DNA of 64,000 nt. Source: an uncultured delta proteobacterium. Its GTDB lineage: Bacteria > Desulfobacterota > Zymogenia > Zymogenales > Zymogenaceae. Where the stretch lies: positions 11,843-75,842 of the forward strand of contig CAWBYW010000025.1 of assembly GCA_963792965.1 (NCBI GenBank), read 5' to 3'. Of this stretch, positions 10,456 through 20,695 are shown one piece after another (the first letter of the stretch is position 1; each line of letters opens with the position of its first letter). A model generated the notes under the pieces. The model saw nothing but the letters and a program-made list of their open reading frames with translations, was not told the DNA's origin and made no database searches. The position numbers were made by a program, and so were the translations under genes.

Positions 10456-11631
10456 TTACAGTATCCGTTTTATTCCCTTGACCGCCTGAGTGATGCGGTT
10501 GGTGTTTTCCACGAGTGCGAAGCGCACATACTCATTTCCCTCGGAGCCGAAGCCGACGCCCGGCGCGACCGCTACCTTGGCCTCCTTGAGGAGGAGCTTT
10601 GAAAACTCGAGCGACCCCATGGGCCGGTATTTATCCGGGATCTTGGCCCAGACAAACATGGTGCCCTTCGGCTTTTCGATCTTCCATCCCGTGCGCGCCA
10701 AGGCCGTCGACCAGGGCGTCGCGCCGCTTGCCGTAGTTTGCCGCGATCTCACGGGCTCATCGTGGTCCTCATTGAGTGCAATGATGGCCGCGATCTGGAT
10801 CGGCTGGAAGATCCCGTAGTCGAAATAGCTCTTCATCCTGGCCAGTGCCGCGATAAGCTTCGGGTTGCCGGCGGCAAACCCGACCCGCCATCCCGGCATG
10901 TTGTAACTCTTGGACATCGAGGTGAACTCGATCCCTATCTCCTTGGCCCCGGGGATTTCCAGAAACGACGGAGCGACATAGCCGTCGAAGACGATGTCGG
11001 CATAGGCGAAATCGTGCACAACGATTACGTCGTTTTCCCGCGCGAACCTCACCACCTCCTCGAAAAAGGCCTTGTCGACGACCCGGCAGGTAGGGTTATG
11101 GGGAAACGAGATGATCATCATGACGGGCCGGGGCCAGATGAGCTTGAGGGCGGTCATGAGGTCGGAGAAGAAATCACGCTCGGGCGTGAGCGGGACGCTC
11201 CTGATATCGCCCCCGGCGATGATGACCGAGTAGGTGTGGATCGGATACGTCGGGTTGGGGACAATGACGGAGCTGCCCGGCTCGACGGCCGACAGCACGA
11301 AGTGCGACAGTCCCTCTTTTGCCCCGATGGTGACGATCGTCTCGCTGTCGGGGTCAAGCTCGACGCCGTATCTCCGTCGGTACCAGTCGGCCACGGCGCA
11401 CCGCAGCCGATAGATCCCTTTTGACGCGCTGTAGCGGTGGTTCTTTGGGTTTGCGGCCGCCTCCACGAGCTTCTCGACGATGTGCGGCGGCGTGGCCTTG
11501 TCCGGGTTTCCCATACCGAGGTCGATGATGTCCTCACCGCGCCGCCGGGCCTCCATCTTGAGGGCGTCCACTTCCGCGAAGACGTACGGCGGCAGACGCT
11601 TAATGCGGTGAAATTCCGAAGGTATTGCCAT
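10456..11631 (-). CDS. alaC: Class I PLP aminotransferase (AlaC-like)
   Basis: [37 protein letters not shown]; short compensating frameshift near EDHDEPV. Confidence 0.8.
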   Translation of the reverse strand: MAIPSEFHRIKRLPPYVFAEVDALKMEARRRGEDIIDLGMGNPDKATPPHIVEKLVEAAANPKNHRYSASKGIYRLRCAVADWYRRRYGVELDPDSETIVTIGAKEGLSHFVLSAVEPGSSVIVPNPTYPIHTYSVIIAGGDIRSVPLTPERDFFSDLMTALKLIWPRPVMMIISFPHNPTCRVVDKAFFEEVVRFARENDVIVVHDFAYADIVFDGYVAPSFLEIPGAKEIGIEFTSMSKSYNMPGWRVGFAAGNPKLIAALARMKSYFDYGIFQPIQIAAIIALNEDHDEPVRSRQTTASGATPWSTALARTGWKIEKPKGTMFVWAKIPDKYRPMGSLEFSKLLLKEAKVAVAPGVGFGSEGNEYVRFALVENTNRITQAVKGIKRIL

Positions 11632-11996
11632 GATTCCCTGTTTAATAAAGCAAAAAAAAGCGGCACACAACCGGGCCCAAAGCGATTTTACCACATTGAA
11701 GGGCGGTGTCAAACCCTAATGTACGGAGAAGGCCACTTATCTTTTCGGGAAGGTCGAGCGGAATGCTTCCGGAACACACTATCAGGGCCGTCTCTGTTCG
11801 TGACGTGGTATCCGCAGAGCGGGAGACGACGCCCCGAGACGCCCTTCTTGGACCTTCATCGAACGCCGCACGGCAATAACGTCCCTTCCTACATCTGCTC
11901 ACTCTGCAATGAGAGGACGGTTACGCGGCCGGCTTTGCTTTGCTGAAAGGCTCTGTTTACCAAGACGCGACTCTCGTATGAGAGAGGAGGATCGAA

Positions 11997-12353
11997 GTGT
12001 CCAACGGATTTTTCAAAAGACCTTGGGTGACCGCCCTCACGGCCCTTACCTTTGTCGCCGTGGCTGTCTCCGGCGTGTTGATGGTGTTCCACGTCGGCGT
12101 CCCCTTCATAAAGGACCTCCACGAATTAATGGGGATCGCCTTTGCCCTGGTCGGCATTATGCATCTGATCATGAATCGGAAAAACCTCACGGCCTATTTC
12201 CGGAACCGCTCGGCCGTTATCGCCCTCCTTGCGGGAATTCTTTTCTGCGCGGCGCTCCTACTGTTTGGTAGTAAGGAGAGCGGCCCCGAGCGAGGCGGCC
12301 CGCACGGCCGGGTCATCAACGAAAGCGGAGACATATCCGAGAACGTCCGCTGA
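11997..12353 (+). CDS. DUF4405-like membrane protein
   Basis: SGVLM..LHELMG..MHLIMN His-bearing TM pattern; GAGGAGG RBS. Confidence 0.7.
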   Translation: MSNGFFKRPWVTALTALTFVAVAVSGVLMVFHVGVPFIKDLHELMGIAFALVGIMHLIMNRKNLTAYFRNRSAVIALLAGILFCAALLLFGSKESGPERGGPHGRVINESGDISENVR

Positions 12354-12642
12354 CCAATTGCCTCGCATCCCAACGCACCTGAGATAATGTGAGCCGAAAG
12401 GGCTTCAACCCCTTTCGGCCCACCCGCCCCTTCTTGATCGGTCACGTCTCCCGGGTCACGACGGCATCCGGGCGATTGGAAAGGACGTACGCCCCTCGAA
12501 TAGAGGAATCGACGAGTTACTGCCCATCCCGCCCAAGATTTTCGCGCCTGATTTAAGATCTCCGGTTATAATAGAAGAAGGGAGAGATATCCATAGATCA
12601 CGAGGTAACGGATAGATACTCAGACAAGAGGAGGGTTGTGCC

Positions 12643-13362
12643 ATGAAGATCAAAGATAAGGTAGTGCTCATTACCGGGGCGTCGGCCGGTATCGGAAAGG
12701 TGACGGCGGAGCTCTTCGGCAGCAAAGGCGCCAAGGTCGCGCTTGCCGCCCGATCGGTCGAAAGGCTCAGAGAAATCTCGGCGAAAATAGCCGATTCATT
12801 TGTGGTCGGGGTGGACATGACCAGGTTTGATGAGGTGCGCCGGATGGTAAAACAGACGCACGAACACTACGGACGCCTGGATGTGCTCATCAACAACGCC
12901 GGCCGGGGGTACCAATCGCCGCTTGAGTCCATCGACACCGATGACCTGGCGGAGTTGATGTCGCTCAACGTCTACGGGCCGCTCGTCGCTATGCAGGCCG
13001 TCATTCCGATCATGAGACAGCAGCACGGGGGAACGATCGTCAATATCAGCTCCGGGGTCACAAAGATAGTCTTCCCCAATATTTCCGGCTACGCGGCGAC
13101 GAAATCGGCCCTGAACATGATCTCGCTCACCGCCCGAAAAGAGCTGGCCGCAGACGGCATCACGGTCTGTCTGGTCTACCCCGGGTTGACCGATACGGAC
13201 TTTCGTAAGAACGCGATTACAAGCAAGGTCCCGTTCACGCCGCCCGCACGCGACTTGCCCCCGGCCGACCCGCCCGAGGCCGTCGCCCAGAGTATCCTCC
13301 GGGTCGTGGAGACGGGCCAGGCCGAGGAAGTGCTGCAGTGGGTCAAAGACCGAAGCGGGTAG
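12643..13362 (+). CDS. SDR family oxidoreductase
   Basis: TGASAGIG, NNAG, YAATK. Confidence 0.92.
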   Translation: MKIKDKVVLITGASAGIGKVTAELFGSKGAKVALAARSVERLREISAKIADSFVVGVDMTRFDEVRRMVKQTHEHYGRLDVLINNAGRGYQSPLESIDTDDLAELMSLNVYGPLVAMQAVIPIMRQQHGGTIVNISSGVTKIVFPNISGYAATKSALNMISLTARKELAADGITVCLVYPGLTDTDFRKNAITSKVPFTPPARDLPPADPPEAVAQSILRVVETGQAEEVLQWVKDRSG

Positions 13363-13515
13363 TGAGGGGCGTCCCCCCGGCCCGTCACATTGCGCCGAAT
13401 TGACAGACGGCCGGGAGAATCTGGATCGCGCTCCAAGGGCCGGCCAAGCGGTCCTCGTGTGGACGCGGAAAGAGGCAGAGAGAGCGCCCGTTGGAGATAA
13501 TACGAGCTGAGCGCT

Positions 13516-14227
13516 TCAATCCTTTTTCATCGCCCCCGCCCTGAGTTCTTTCGGCATCAATTCGATGGCATACCTCAGCGCGGTGCGGGGCATTACCCTT
13601 CTGTTTCTTACCACGTAGTCAAACACGTCTTGTTGATGGAGCCGGCTTGCCTCCTTCAACATCCAGCCGTACCCTTTCTGCACCATGTCGTCGCCGTCCG
13701 TAAGCAGCCGGTCGGCTATCTCGAATACTTCCACCAAGAATCTTCCCCGGCGCGCCGGAAGGATGAGCGATACCGCCGCGGCCCTCCTGAGCCACCTGTT
13801 TTCCGACCGTGCCCACACGGTGAGCTCCCGGACGGATTTAGGATATTTGTCGACAAGACCACCGACGGCATGGTTACACAGCGCGTCGCACGTGGCCCAG
13901 TTATCGATATATGTCTTCGATCCATCTCCCCAATACCGCGAGGTCCGATCGCTCGCGTCTGTCGCCCAGCCATTGTGCCCACTGTGATGCGACAAAGGCG
14001 TCCTCGCAATAACCGGTGCGATAGAGCTCCTCACACAACCCGAATATCTCTTTCTTCTCAAGATCCTTGATGTGCTTCCAATGGGTGCGGGCGATCCTGC
14101 CGACCACCGCCGCCTTTACGCCGTAGCACCTGACCTCTTCCTTGAAGAATCGCCGGGAGCCCCTCTCGGTAGCTTCGTCGCCGCTGTCGCGCAGCTCGGT
14201 TCTGATTCGTTCAATAATTTCGTTCAT
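13516..14227 (-). CDS. DNA alkylation repair protein (AlkD-like), frameshifted
   Basis: Two overlapping ORFs: RFFKEEVRCYGV and IDNWATCD..DDMVQKGYGWMLKE..RTALRYAIE. Confidence 0.85.
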
Positions 14228-14294
14228 ATTGATTTAGTATTCGATGTAAGAGCGGTGGCCTATACGAGAATGCGAAACGTCTGTGGAGTGTCGG

Positions 14295-15719
14295 TCAGTA
14301 TCCCAGTTCCTTGTAGACATCCCCGACGATTCGGGTGAAAACAGGGGGATTGGACTCCTTCCAGACGCGGACGAGCCGTCCCACGTCGATCTTCCCGGAA
14401 ACTCCGGAGAGCCCCTTTACCACGGCCTCGTGGGCCATGTCGCGGAAGAGCACCGGCACCGCGCGCGCGATGCGGTCGTGAGCGGCCTGCACCTCAGGGG
14501 TGACCCCCCGCAGCGTCAGGCCGTCCGTCCGATCCATCCGGCGGTAGAACTCCCGCCAGAGATAATTCACCCCTTCCTCGAGCCGCTCGGGGCTCATCTT
14601 CGCGGGCCGAAAGACCGCATGGGTCGTGTTATACTTGGCCCAGTCACGGCTGATGATGCGGCGCTGCGCCTCGAGCTTATCGGCGAGCGGCGTGTTCGGG
14701 TAGGGCGTCAGGATCAGAAATTCGGCCTCGACCATAGCGCTCTTCAGAAGGAACTCGAGCGTCCGCTCGAAAATCGACTCATCGTCATGGTCAAATCCGA
14801 AGACGAACGACCCCATCACCTTGATGCCCGAATCCTGCAGGGTCTTGATGTGGCCGATGGAGCGGCTGACCTGTTCCTTGAGCGACGAGACGTCGCCCTT
14901 CAGGCCCACCGAAAGCCACGGGCCCACGTCCACGTACATCGACCAGCACCCGGAGCGAGAGAGGAGCCCCACATATTCCTTATCGGAGGCAATCGACAGC
15001 GGCGCCATCCCCGTCCATCCCTTGCCCATGCCGGCCATCCTCCTGAAGAGGCCGATAAAGCTTCGCCGCTTGATCAACAGATTGTCGTCCACGAAGTAGA
15101 GGTGCTTGCCCAGACGTTCGATTTCGGCAAGCGCCTCATCGATGGGACGTATGCGGTATTCCCGGCCGAAGTTCTTCGGGACGGTACAGAACTCGCAGTT
15201 GAGCGGGCAGCCCCGCGTGACCTGAATCGATCGGATCGGAAGGTATTTGTCGGCGTTCAACAGGTCGTGCCGCGGAAACGGTAGCCCCGACAGGTCGGGC
15301 TTTCGCCTGCACACGTAGATCCCCTTGGAAGCGCCGGCGAGGAGATCGGCCAGGACCTCAGCCCAGATTTCCTCGGACTCCCCCACCACCACGGCGTCCG
15401 CATGTAACAGCGCCTCTTCGGGCACGAGCGACGGGTGGGCGCCGCCCAGTATTACCGGCACGTTTCGTGCCCGGAACCGGTCTGCGATCTCGTAGGCGCG
15501 CGACGCCTGGGGGGTCATAGCCGAGACGGCCACGAGGTCGACAGCGGCGTCAAACGGGACAGGATCGGTACGCTCATCGACGAAGCGGACGGTAAACCCC
15601 GGCGGCGTCACCGCCGCCAGTGTCAACAGCCCGAGCGGCGGGATGAAGGCGCGGTAGGCCAGCGGCGTACCCTCGAACGCCGGAAAGATCATCAGGATTT
15701 GCTTATTGTCTTGATTCAT
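14295..15719 (-). CDS. Cobalamin-binding radical SAM protein
   Basis: PPLGLLTLAA, GGAHPS, RGCPLNCEFC. Confidence 0.9.
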   Translation of the reverse strand: MNQDNKQILMIFPAFEGTPLAYRAFIPPLGLLTLAAVTPPGFTVRFVDERTDPVPFDAAVDLVAVSAMTPQASRAYEIADRFRARNVPVILGGAHPSLVPEEALLHADAVVVGESEEIWAEVLADLLAGASKGIYVCRRKPDLSGLPFPRHDLLNADKYLPIRSIQVTRGCPLNCEFCTVPKNFGREYRIRPIDEALAEIERLGKHLYFVDDNLLIKRRSFIGLFRRMAGMGKGWTGMAPLSIASDKEYVGLLSRSGCWSMYVDVGPWLSVGLKGDVSSLKEQVSRSIGHIKTLQDSGIKVMGSFVFGFDHDDESIFERTLEFLLKSAMVEAEFLILTPYPNTPLADKLEAQRRIISRDWAKYNTTHAVFRPAKMSPERLEEGVNYLWREFYRRMDRTDGLTLRGVTPEVQAAHDRIARAVPVLFRDMAHEAVVKGLSGVSGKIDVGRLVRVWKESNPPVFTRIVGDVYKELGY

Positions 15720-15862
15720 GTCGATTCATAGCAGCGGGTCTGACGCATAGGGTATTCTTCCCGCAACGCGGCCACCGGGGCCCGTGCGTTCCGATATCCC
15801 ATGCCGCCCATTATAATTATTATAATCGAAGTTTACCATAGAAATCGATTCCTCGCAATCCT

Positions 15863-16798
15863 CTATTTCCCCTCCTCCTTCCAGAAGGGATAGAACATGT
15901 ACCACTGGTCGGGGTATTTTCTGATATACTTCTCGATTACCCGGCCTACCCGGAAGGCCAGCGCTTCTATATCATGCTCACGATCGCCGGTTCGGATAAT
16001 CGAGATGGGGTCTTCAACAATGGGAACGTAGCGATTGTCACTATTGAGCACCACGAACGCCGGCAGGATCGGGGCGCCGGTGATGTAGGCAATCAGAAAC
16101 GGCCCCTTGGGGAAAATCGTGTCCCTTCCGAAGAATGGTACGACGATGCCCTGGCCGTTGAGTGCACGGTCCCCCTTCATGGTCACGATCTTGTTCTGTT
16201 TGAGAAGCCGGATTACCGTCAGTGCCGTGTCAAAGGAAGTCCCCATGGGTATGCCCACGACGTGCCTTTCCGCCCGCGTCCTCTGACGCGCCTGCTCGAA
16301 GGCGGCGAAACGGTCGGGCATGTAGACCATATGTGCGTTGCGAGTGGAGCCGGCCAGGGTTATCCCCCCGATCTCCCAGTTGCCGATATGACCGGTGAGG
16401 ATGATGATTCCTTTTTCGCCCCGGAGAGCCTGGGCGATTTTCTCCTTGCCGACGGGCGGGTCCACCATCTCCGGCCACCGTTTCTCGGGGAGGGAGGCCA
16501 CGAAGAACATATCGACGAAGGACTTGGTCACATTGGAAAAAACACGCCGGGTAATACCTTTTAGCTCTCGTTCGGAAACCGACCGGCCGAGGGCAACCCT
16601 CAAGTTTCCCCTGACCGCGCGCCGGTACGAGGTCCCGCCGAAATAGTAGAGGAAGGTGAAGGGGTGCCGGATGATGTGAAGTGCCCTGCGGGAAAACGTC
16701 CGCATAAACCAGGGCAGGACAAAAAGGAGGAACCGCACGATGATTGAGCGGTGATACCACGAGAAGAAGCTCGACTGTCCCGGTTGTTTGGTATCCAT
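15863..16798 (-). CDS. Lysophospholipid / lipid A late acyltransferase family protein
   Basis: TGHIGNWE, VPFFGR, YPDQWYMF. Confidence 0.88.
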   Translation of the reverse strand: MDTKQPGQSSFFSWYHRSIIVRFLLFVLPWFMRTFSRRALHIIRHPFTFLYYFGGTSYRRAVRGNLRVALGRSVSERELKGITRRVFSNVTKSFVDMFFVASLPEKRWPEMVDPPVGKEKIAQALRGEKGIIILTGHIGNWEIGGITLAGSTRNAHMVYMPDRFAAFEQARQRTRAERHVVGIPMGTSFDTALTVIRLLKQNKIVTMKGDRALNGQGIVVPFFGRDTIFPKGPFLIAYITGAPILPAFVVLNSDNRYVPIVEDPISIIRTGDREHDIEALAFRVGRVIEKYIRKYPDQWYMFYPFWKEEGK

Positions 16799-16931
16799 TC
16801 TTCTATGCTACCGGCAACAGGCGATAAAATCAAGCTTTTTGCATTGTGCCTCACGAGGCTTTTTCTCTGACTCCATTTACTTTCATTATCATCTGTGATA
16901 GAGTGTTTCCGCACAACCGGGGGTCTGTCCC

Positions 16932-17681
16932 ATGAAGACAAAGATACTCATAGTCGACGACGTGAAATTCTTCCTCGATATCCAGAGGGGGATGCTGGAC
17001 CAGATGGACTGCGATATCCTCACCGCGCGCTCCGGTGTCGAAGCCTTGAAAGTCATCAAGAAGGAAAAACCCCAGCTCGTACTTCTTGACTATAACATGC
17101 CCGACCTTCCAGGGGATAAGGCCACAGAGATCATCAAGAACGATCCCCGCTACAAGGATATCCCCATCCTCATCGTCTCCAGTGAATCGGGGCAGGACAC
17201 GAGGCGGCGCTGCATCGAGGCGGGGGCTGGCTACTTCATGACCAAGCCCATCGACCGAACCGAGTTCATCGAGGCGGTCAGCTCGCTGTTGAAGGTGAGG
17301 AGCTCTCTTTACTACCCGCGGGGGCTGATCAGGACGGAGGTCTACCTCAGGTGGCAGGGGGAGGTAAAGAGGTATGAGAGCGTGGATATCTCGGTAACGG
17401 GGATCTTCCTTGAGACGGACCAGCCGCTGCCGCCCCACGAGACCTACACGATCCACTTCACGATCCCGCTCCCCAGGCGGGATATCAGCGTCGACGCGCG
17501 GGTGACGAAGATCATCACGGCGAAAGACCGGGAGAAATACGGGCTCTTTTCCGGGATGGCCCTCGAGTTCCTGAACTTAGACCTCGAGGATCGGAAGTAC
17601 GTCGAGGAGTACGTGGAAAAGGCGACGCGGCTGCGTAAGCAGTCGCTCTCGGGTGGCGGTCACAAGATATCGTTTGTGTAG
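16932..17681 (+). CDS. Response regulator with C-terminal PilZ-like domain
   Basis: ILIVDD..LLDYNMP..KP receiver domain; DISVTGIFL and GMALEF PilZ-like motifs. Confidence 0.85.
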   Translation: MKTKILIVDDVKFFLDIQRGMLDQMDCDILTARSGVEALKVIKKEKPQLVLLDYNMPDLPGDKATEIIKNDPRYKDIPILIVSSESGQDTRRRCIEAGAGYFMTKPIDRTEFIEAVSSLLKVRSSLYYPRGLIRTEVYLRWQGEVKRYESVDISVTGIFLETDQPLPPHETYTIHFTIPLPRRDISVDARVTKIITAKDREKYGLFSGMALEFLNLDLEDRKYVEEYVEKATRLRKQSLSGGGHKISFV

Positions 17682-17716
17682 AAAATCCGAGCAAAACGCC
17701 GGACGTCTTTCCGTTT

Positions 17717-18331
17717 CTACTGCGCTTTACCTTCCTTGATCTTATCCAGGCAGAGATCCCGATAAAACCCGGCAATTGCGTTTCCCGGCTCGATCTTCAG
17801 GGCCGCGTCGTAGCACTTCAGCGCTTCCGCATAATTCTCCTCGTCCGCATAGAAAAGGGTCCCGAGATTTACCCACGGCACGGTATCGTTGGGATTCAGA
17901 TTTATCGCCACGTTGTACATTTCCTTGGCCTTATCGAGATCCTTCCGGGTGGGATCGTCTTTGTAGTAGGTATACGCCAGGGCGTAGTCGTTGTATATCG
18001 GATCTAATTTCGTTTTCCTGTCCTGGTCCAGCGAATAGAGATCGAGCGCCGCCAGCTTATCAAGATCATCCCTGAATAAATTGATGTAAATCTTCGCGTC
18101 GTCTTGATCGTTGACATCCAGCGGCTCTCCCTGCGTCGTGTAGAGATCTATAACGGAGTCGACCAGGTCAAGCGGGGGCGTCTGTTTTTCCGTCTGTGCC
18201 CACGCGGGGCTCGCCCCCAAGGAGATCGGCATCCTCTCTCCGTATCGGATGGATACCGAAAACGTGATGAGAAAAATCACCGTGCCTGCAGTGAGCAGTA
18301 CCGCGTTTCGTCTGGCATTATACGTCTTCAT
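17717..18331 (-). CDS. TPR-containing exported protein
   Basis: N-terminal hydrophobic segment; AINLNPND..WVNLG..ALKIEP TPR units. Confidence 0.75.
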   Translation of the reverse strand: MKTYNARRNAVLLTAGTVIFLITFSVSIRYGERMPISLGASPAWAQTEKQTPPLDLVDSVIDLYTTQGEPLDVNDQDDAKIYINLFRDDLDKLAALDLYSLDQDRKTKLDPIYNDYALAYTYYKDDPTRKDLDKAKEMYNVAINLNPNDTVPWVNLGTLFYADEENYAEALKCYDAALKIEPGNAIAGFYRDLCLDKIKEGKAQ

Positions 18332-18484
18332 CGGAAAACCTCCCTCACGATTCCGTGTATACGCATAATTGAGTACTCGCCTGAGCTAAACTCTCCCGTC
18401 CACGCTCCCCTTAAGGGGACGGCCCGCCTCATCATCGTGGGTGAACGTGAGGCGCCCCTGACCCGCGCCGCCATGACGCGGCGC

Positions 18485-18925
18485 TTAGTGGAAGTTCATG
18501 TCCTGGTCTATGACGAATTCCAGCGGCGTGCGCTCGGCCAGCGTGCGGGCGTGCACCTCGAAGGTATTTTCCCCCGTTACCACCACCTCGTACTGGAACC
18601 AGGTCATGTCCGGCATCATCACGTCAAGCTCCGTCCACCCCGCGGCGTCACGACTGTCCCAGGCGACCCTTGTCGCCGGAACCTCGGCCGGGTTCGGGGC
18701 GCATGCGATGAAGGTGCCGTCGAGGGTCTTCTTGTTCTTCTCGGCCTCGATGATGGCATACATATTCGTTTTCATCTGGGCCAGCGCGTCGACCTTATCG
18801 GACCAGATCTTGGTCGTTACGGGCGGCTGGGTTGGTGGTTTTTCCTGTTTCAGTATCACGAAGTAGTATATCCCGAAGCCGAGCAGTGCCATCGCGATCA
18901 CAAAGCGCCATGAGGCCCCCTTCAT
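18485..18925 (-). CDS. Membrane-anchored hypothetical protein with pilin-like body
   Basis: N-terminal TM; MKTNMYAIIEAE..GWTELDV..WFQYEV; ATGA overlap with the upstream gene. Confidence 0.6.
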   Translation of the reverse strand: MKGASWRFVIAMALLGFGIYYFVILKQEKPPTQPPVTTKIWSDKVDALAQMKTNMYAIIEAEKNKKTLDGTFIACAPNPAEVPATRVAWDSRDAAGWTELDVMMPDMTWFQYEVVVTGENTFEVHARTLAERTPLEFVIDQDMNFH

Positions 18926-19374
18926 CGTGTTCCCTCCGTCATTTTCCTGTGTTCCTTCATGGCGCACCGGTCCATCACGACGGTGAGCCCCTTGGTGACC
19001 GCCAGCTCGCGGGCCGCGTTGTTGACGATCCCCTCCTGCATCCAGATGACTCTCACGCCACGGCGCCTGCCCGCCGCTTCAACGATCGGCATGACGTCCT
19101 CCGCTTTCCGGAAGATATCCACCATATCGACCGTGACGCCGGGCGGTATCTCCGACAGATCACCGTATGCCTTCTCCCCGAGGATCACCTTCGCCATCGG
19201 CGTGACCGGGATGATCGTATATCCCTTCGACTTCAGGTACGAGGCCACGCGAAAGCTCGGGCGGTCCTCCTTGGGCGAGAGGCCCACAACGGCGATCGTC
19301 TTGACGGACCTCAACACCTGCTCGATCTCGGGGTCGGTCGGGTTTCCTGCGGGAATCTCGCATTGCTCTGCCAT
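18922..19374 (-). CDS. CoA-binding protein (YccU-like)
   Basis: IAVVGLS..RPS..VDIFR..WMQEG..MDRC. Confidence 0.9.
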   Translation of the reverse strand: MAEQCEIPAGNPTDPEIEQVLRSVKTIAVVGLSPKEDRPSFRVASYLKSKGYTIIPVTPMAKVILGEKAYGDLSEIPPGVTVDMVDIFRKAEDVMPIVEAAGRRRGVRVIWMQEGIVNNAARELAVTKGLTVVMDRCAMKEHRKMTEGTR

Positions 19375-19565
19375 GGTTCTTCCCCCTGTCCGCTTAACGT
19401 ACTATAATATAGCACGGCAATGATTACTTGACGACTCGAAAAGAGCTCTCGGCCCTCCGACTAAGTCACGATAATTACCCTTTAAAAAAAATAGATTAGA
19501 TTCCGGTAAAAAAGATTCGTGAATATTCGGGCGCTTTCGCGGAAAAAGGAGGTTTCCCGGCGTGA

Positions 19566-20558
19566 CTACAGGTGAAGCTCGATAATGTCGCCGTCAAACA
19601 GGACATCGTCCCGGTTTACCTTCTGGCCCTCGAACTTGCTCGGGTCCTTGGACCAGATGCGCGCGAACTTGAGCGATTTGGCAAAGTCCTTGTGGATGGA
19701 GGCGGCAAAGTCGAGCACCGTCGCCCCCTTCTTGAGCACTACCGGATCGTTGAGGTCGGGCTTTTTCCCGCGCGATTTCGTATACGCCCGGATGACATCG
19801 AGCATCTCGTAGGCCGCCAACCTGATATCCTCAAGGCCGAGCCCCTTGGAGGCCGAGACCCCAAAGACCTGGAAATCCTTTCCGTACAGCCCCCGGACGA
19901 CGTCGAAGTTCTCCTGCGCCCGGGCGCTTTCGAGCTTGTTCCCGACGAAGAAGCCCCTAAGGTGGGCCGTGCCGTCCAGGGTATACTTTTCCGCAGGGTC
20001 GACCGAGAGCTCGGCCTTGTATTTCAGGAGGATCTCCCTGACCCCTTCTATCTCCCCGGGCGGGTCTTCTCCCTCGAGGTCAAAGACAAGGATCACCCCG
20101 TCCGTGTTTCTGATCATGCCCACCATCGCGGGCTCCGTGAACTCGGCCGACACCGGGGGAAGGTCGACGAGCTGTATCTGAACGTTCTCAAACTGCATCA
20201 TGCCGGGGATCGGCTTGGTGGTGGTAAAGGCGTAGTCGGCGACCGCCGTCTTGGCGTTGGTGAGCCTCGAGACGAGCGACGATTTTCCGGCGTTGGGGGC
20301 GCCGACGACGGCAAATTGCCCGATCCCTTCCCGCTCAACCTTAAAAGGGTTGTGACGCCTGAGGCCGGACTTCTTTTCGAGCGCCGACTTGGTTTGAGAG
20401 ATTCGGCGCTTGATGTCCCCCTGCATCCGGTCGGTCCCCTTGTGCTTGGGGATCGTGGCCAGCATCAGCTCGAGGTAGCGAAGCTTCTCCTCGGGGTCTT
20501 TGGCTTCGCGAAACTTCCGCTCGTTTTCGCGGTATTCGGGGGTGAGATTTGCGGGCAT
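19566..20558 (-). CDS. DRG/Obg-family GTPase with TGS domain
   Basis: MPANLTPEY, PKHKGT, GAPNAGKS, YAFTT, C-terminal TGS (IHKDF..ARIW..DGDIIE). Confidence 0.88.
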   Translation of the reverse strand: MPANLTPEYRENERKFREAKDPEEKLRYLELMLATIPKHKGTDRMQGDIKRRISQTKSALEKKSGLRRHNPFKVEREGIGQFAVVGAPNAGKSSLVSRLTNAKTAVADYAFTTTKPIPGMMQFENVQIQLVDLPPVSAEFTEPAMVGMIRNTDGVILVFDLEGEDPPGEIEGVREILLKYKAELSVDPAEKYTLDGTAHLRGFFVGNKLESARAQENFDVVRGLYGKDFQVFGVSASKGLGLEDIRLAAYEMLDVIRAYTKSRGKKPDLNDPVVLKKGATVLDFAASIHKDFAKSLKFARIWSKDPSKFEGQKVNRDDVLFDGDIIELHL

Positions 20559-20695
20559 GGTTTCCTTCCGTGACTCCGTCAAGGGTCCCTTTGATAATAG
20601 GAAAAAACGACGATAAAATCAAGACCTATTTATCTTGACTTTAGACGGAGATTCCCGCTATGGTAATAGTATAGGAAGTTTATAGAGAAGAATTG

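Noticed and set aside
9020-10489. Long antisense ORFs (also 14283-15284, 19572-20573, 29554-30966, 41169-42452, 60598-61947)
   Set aside because: They mirror well-supported genes on the opposite strand, as expected from high-GC codon bias, and show no motifs.
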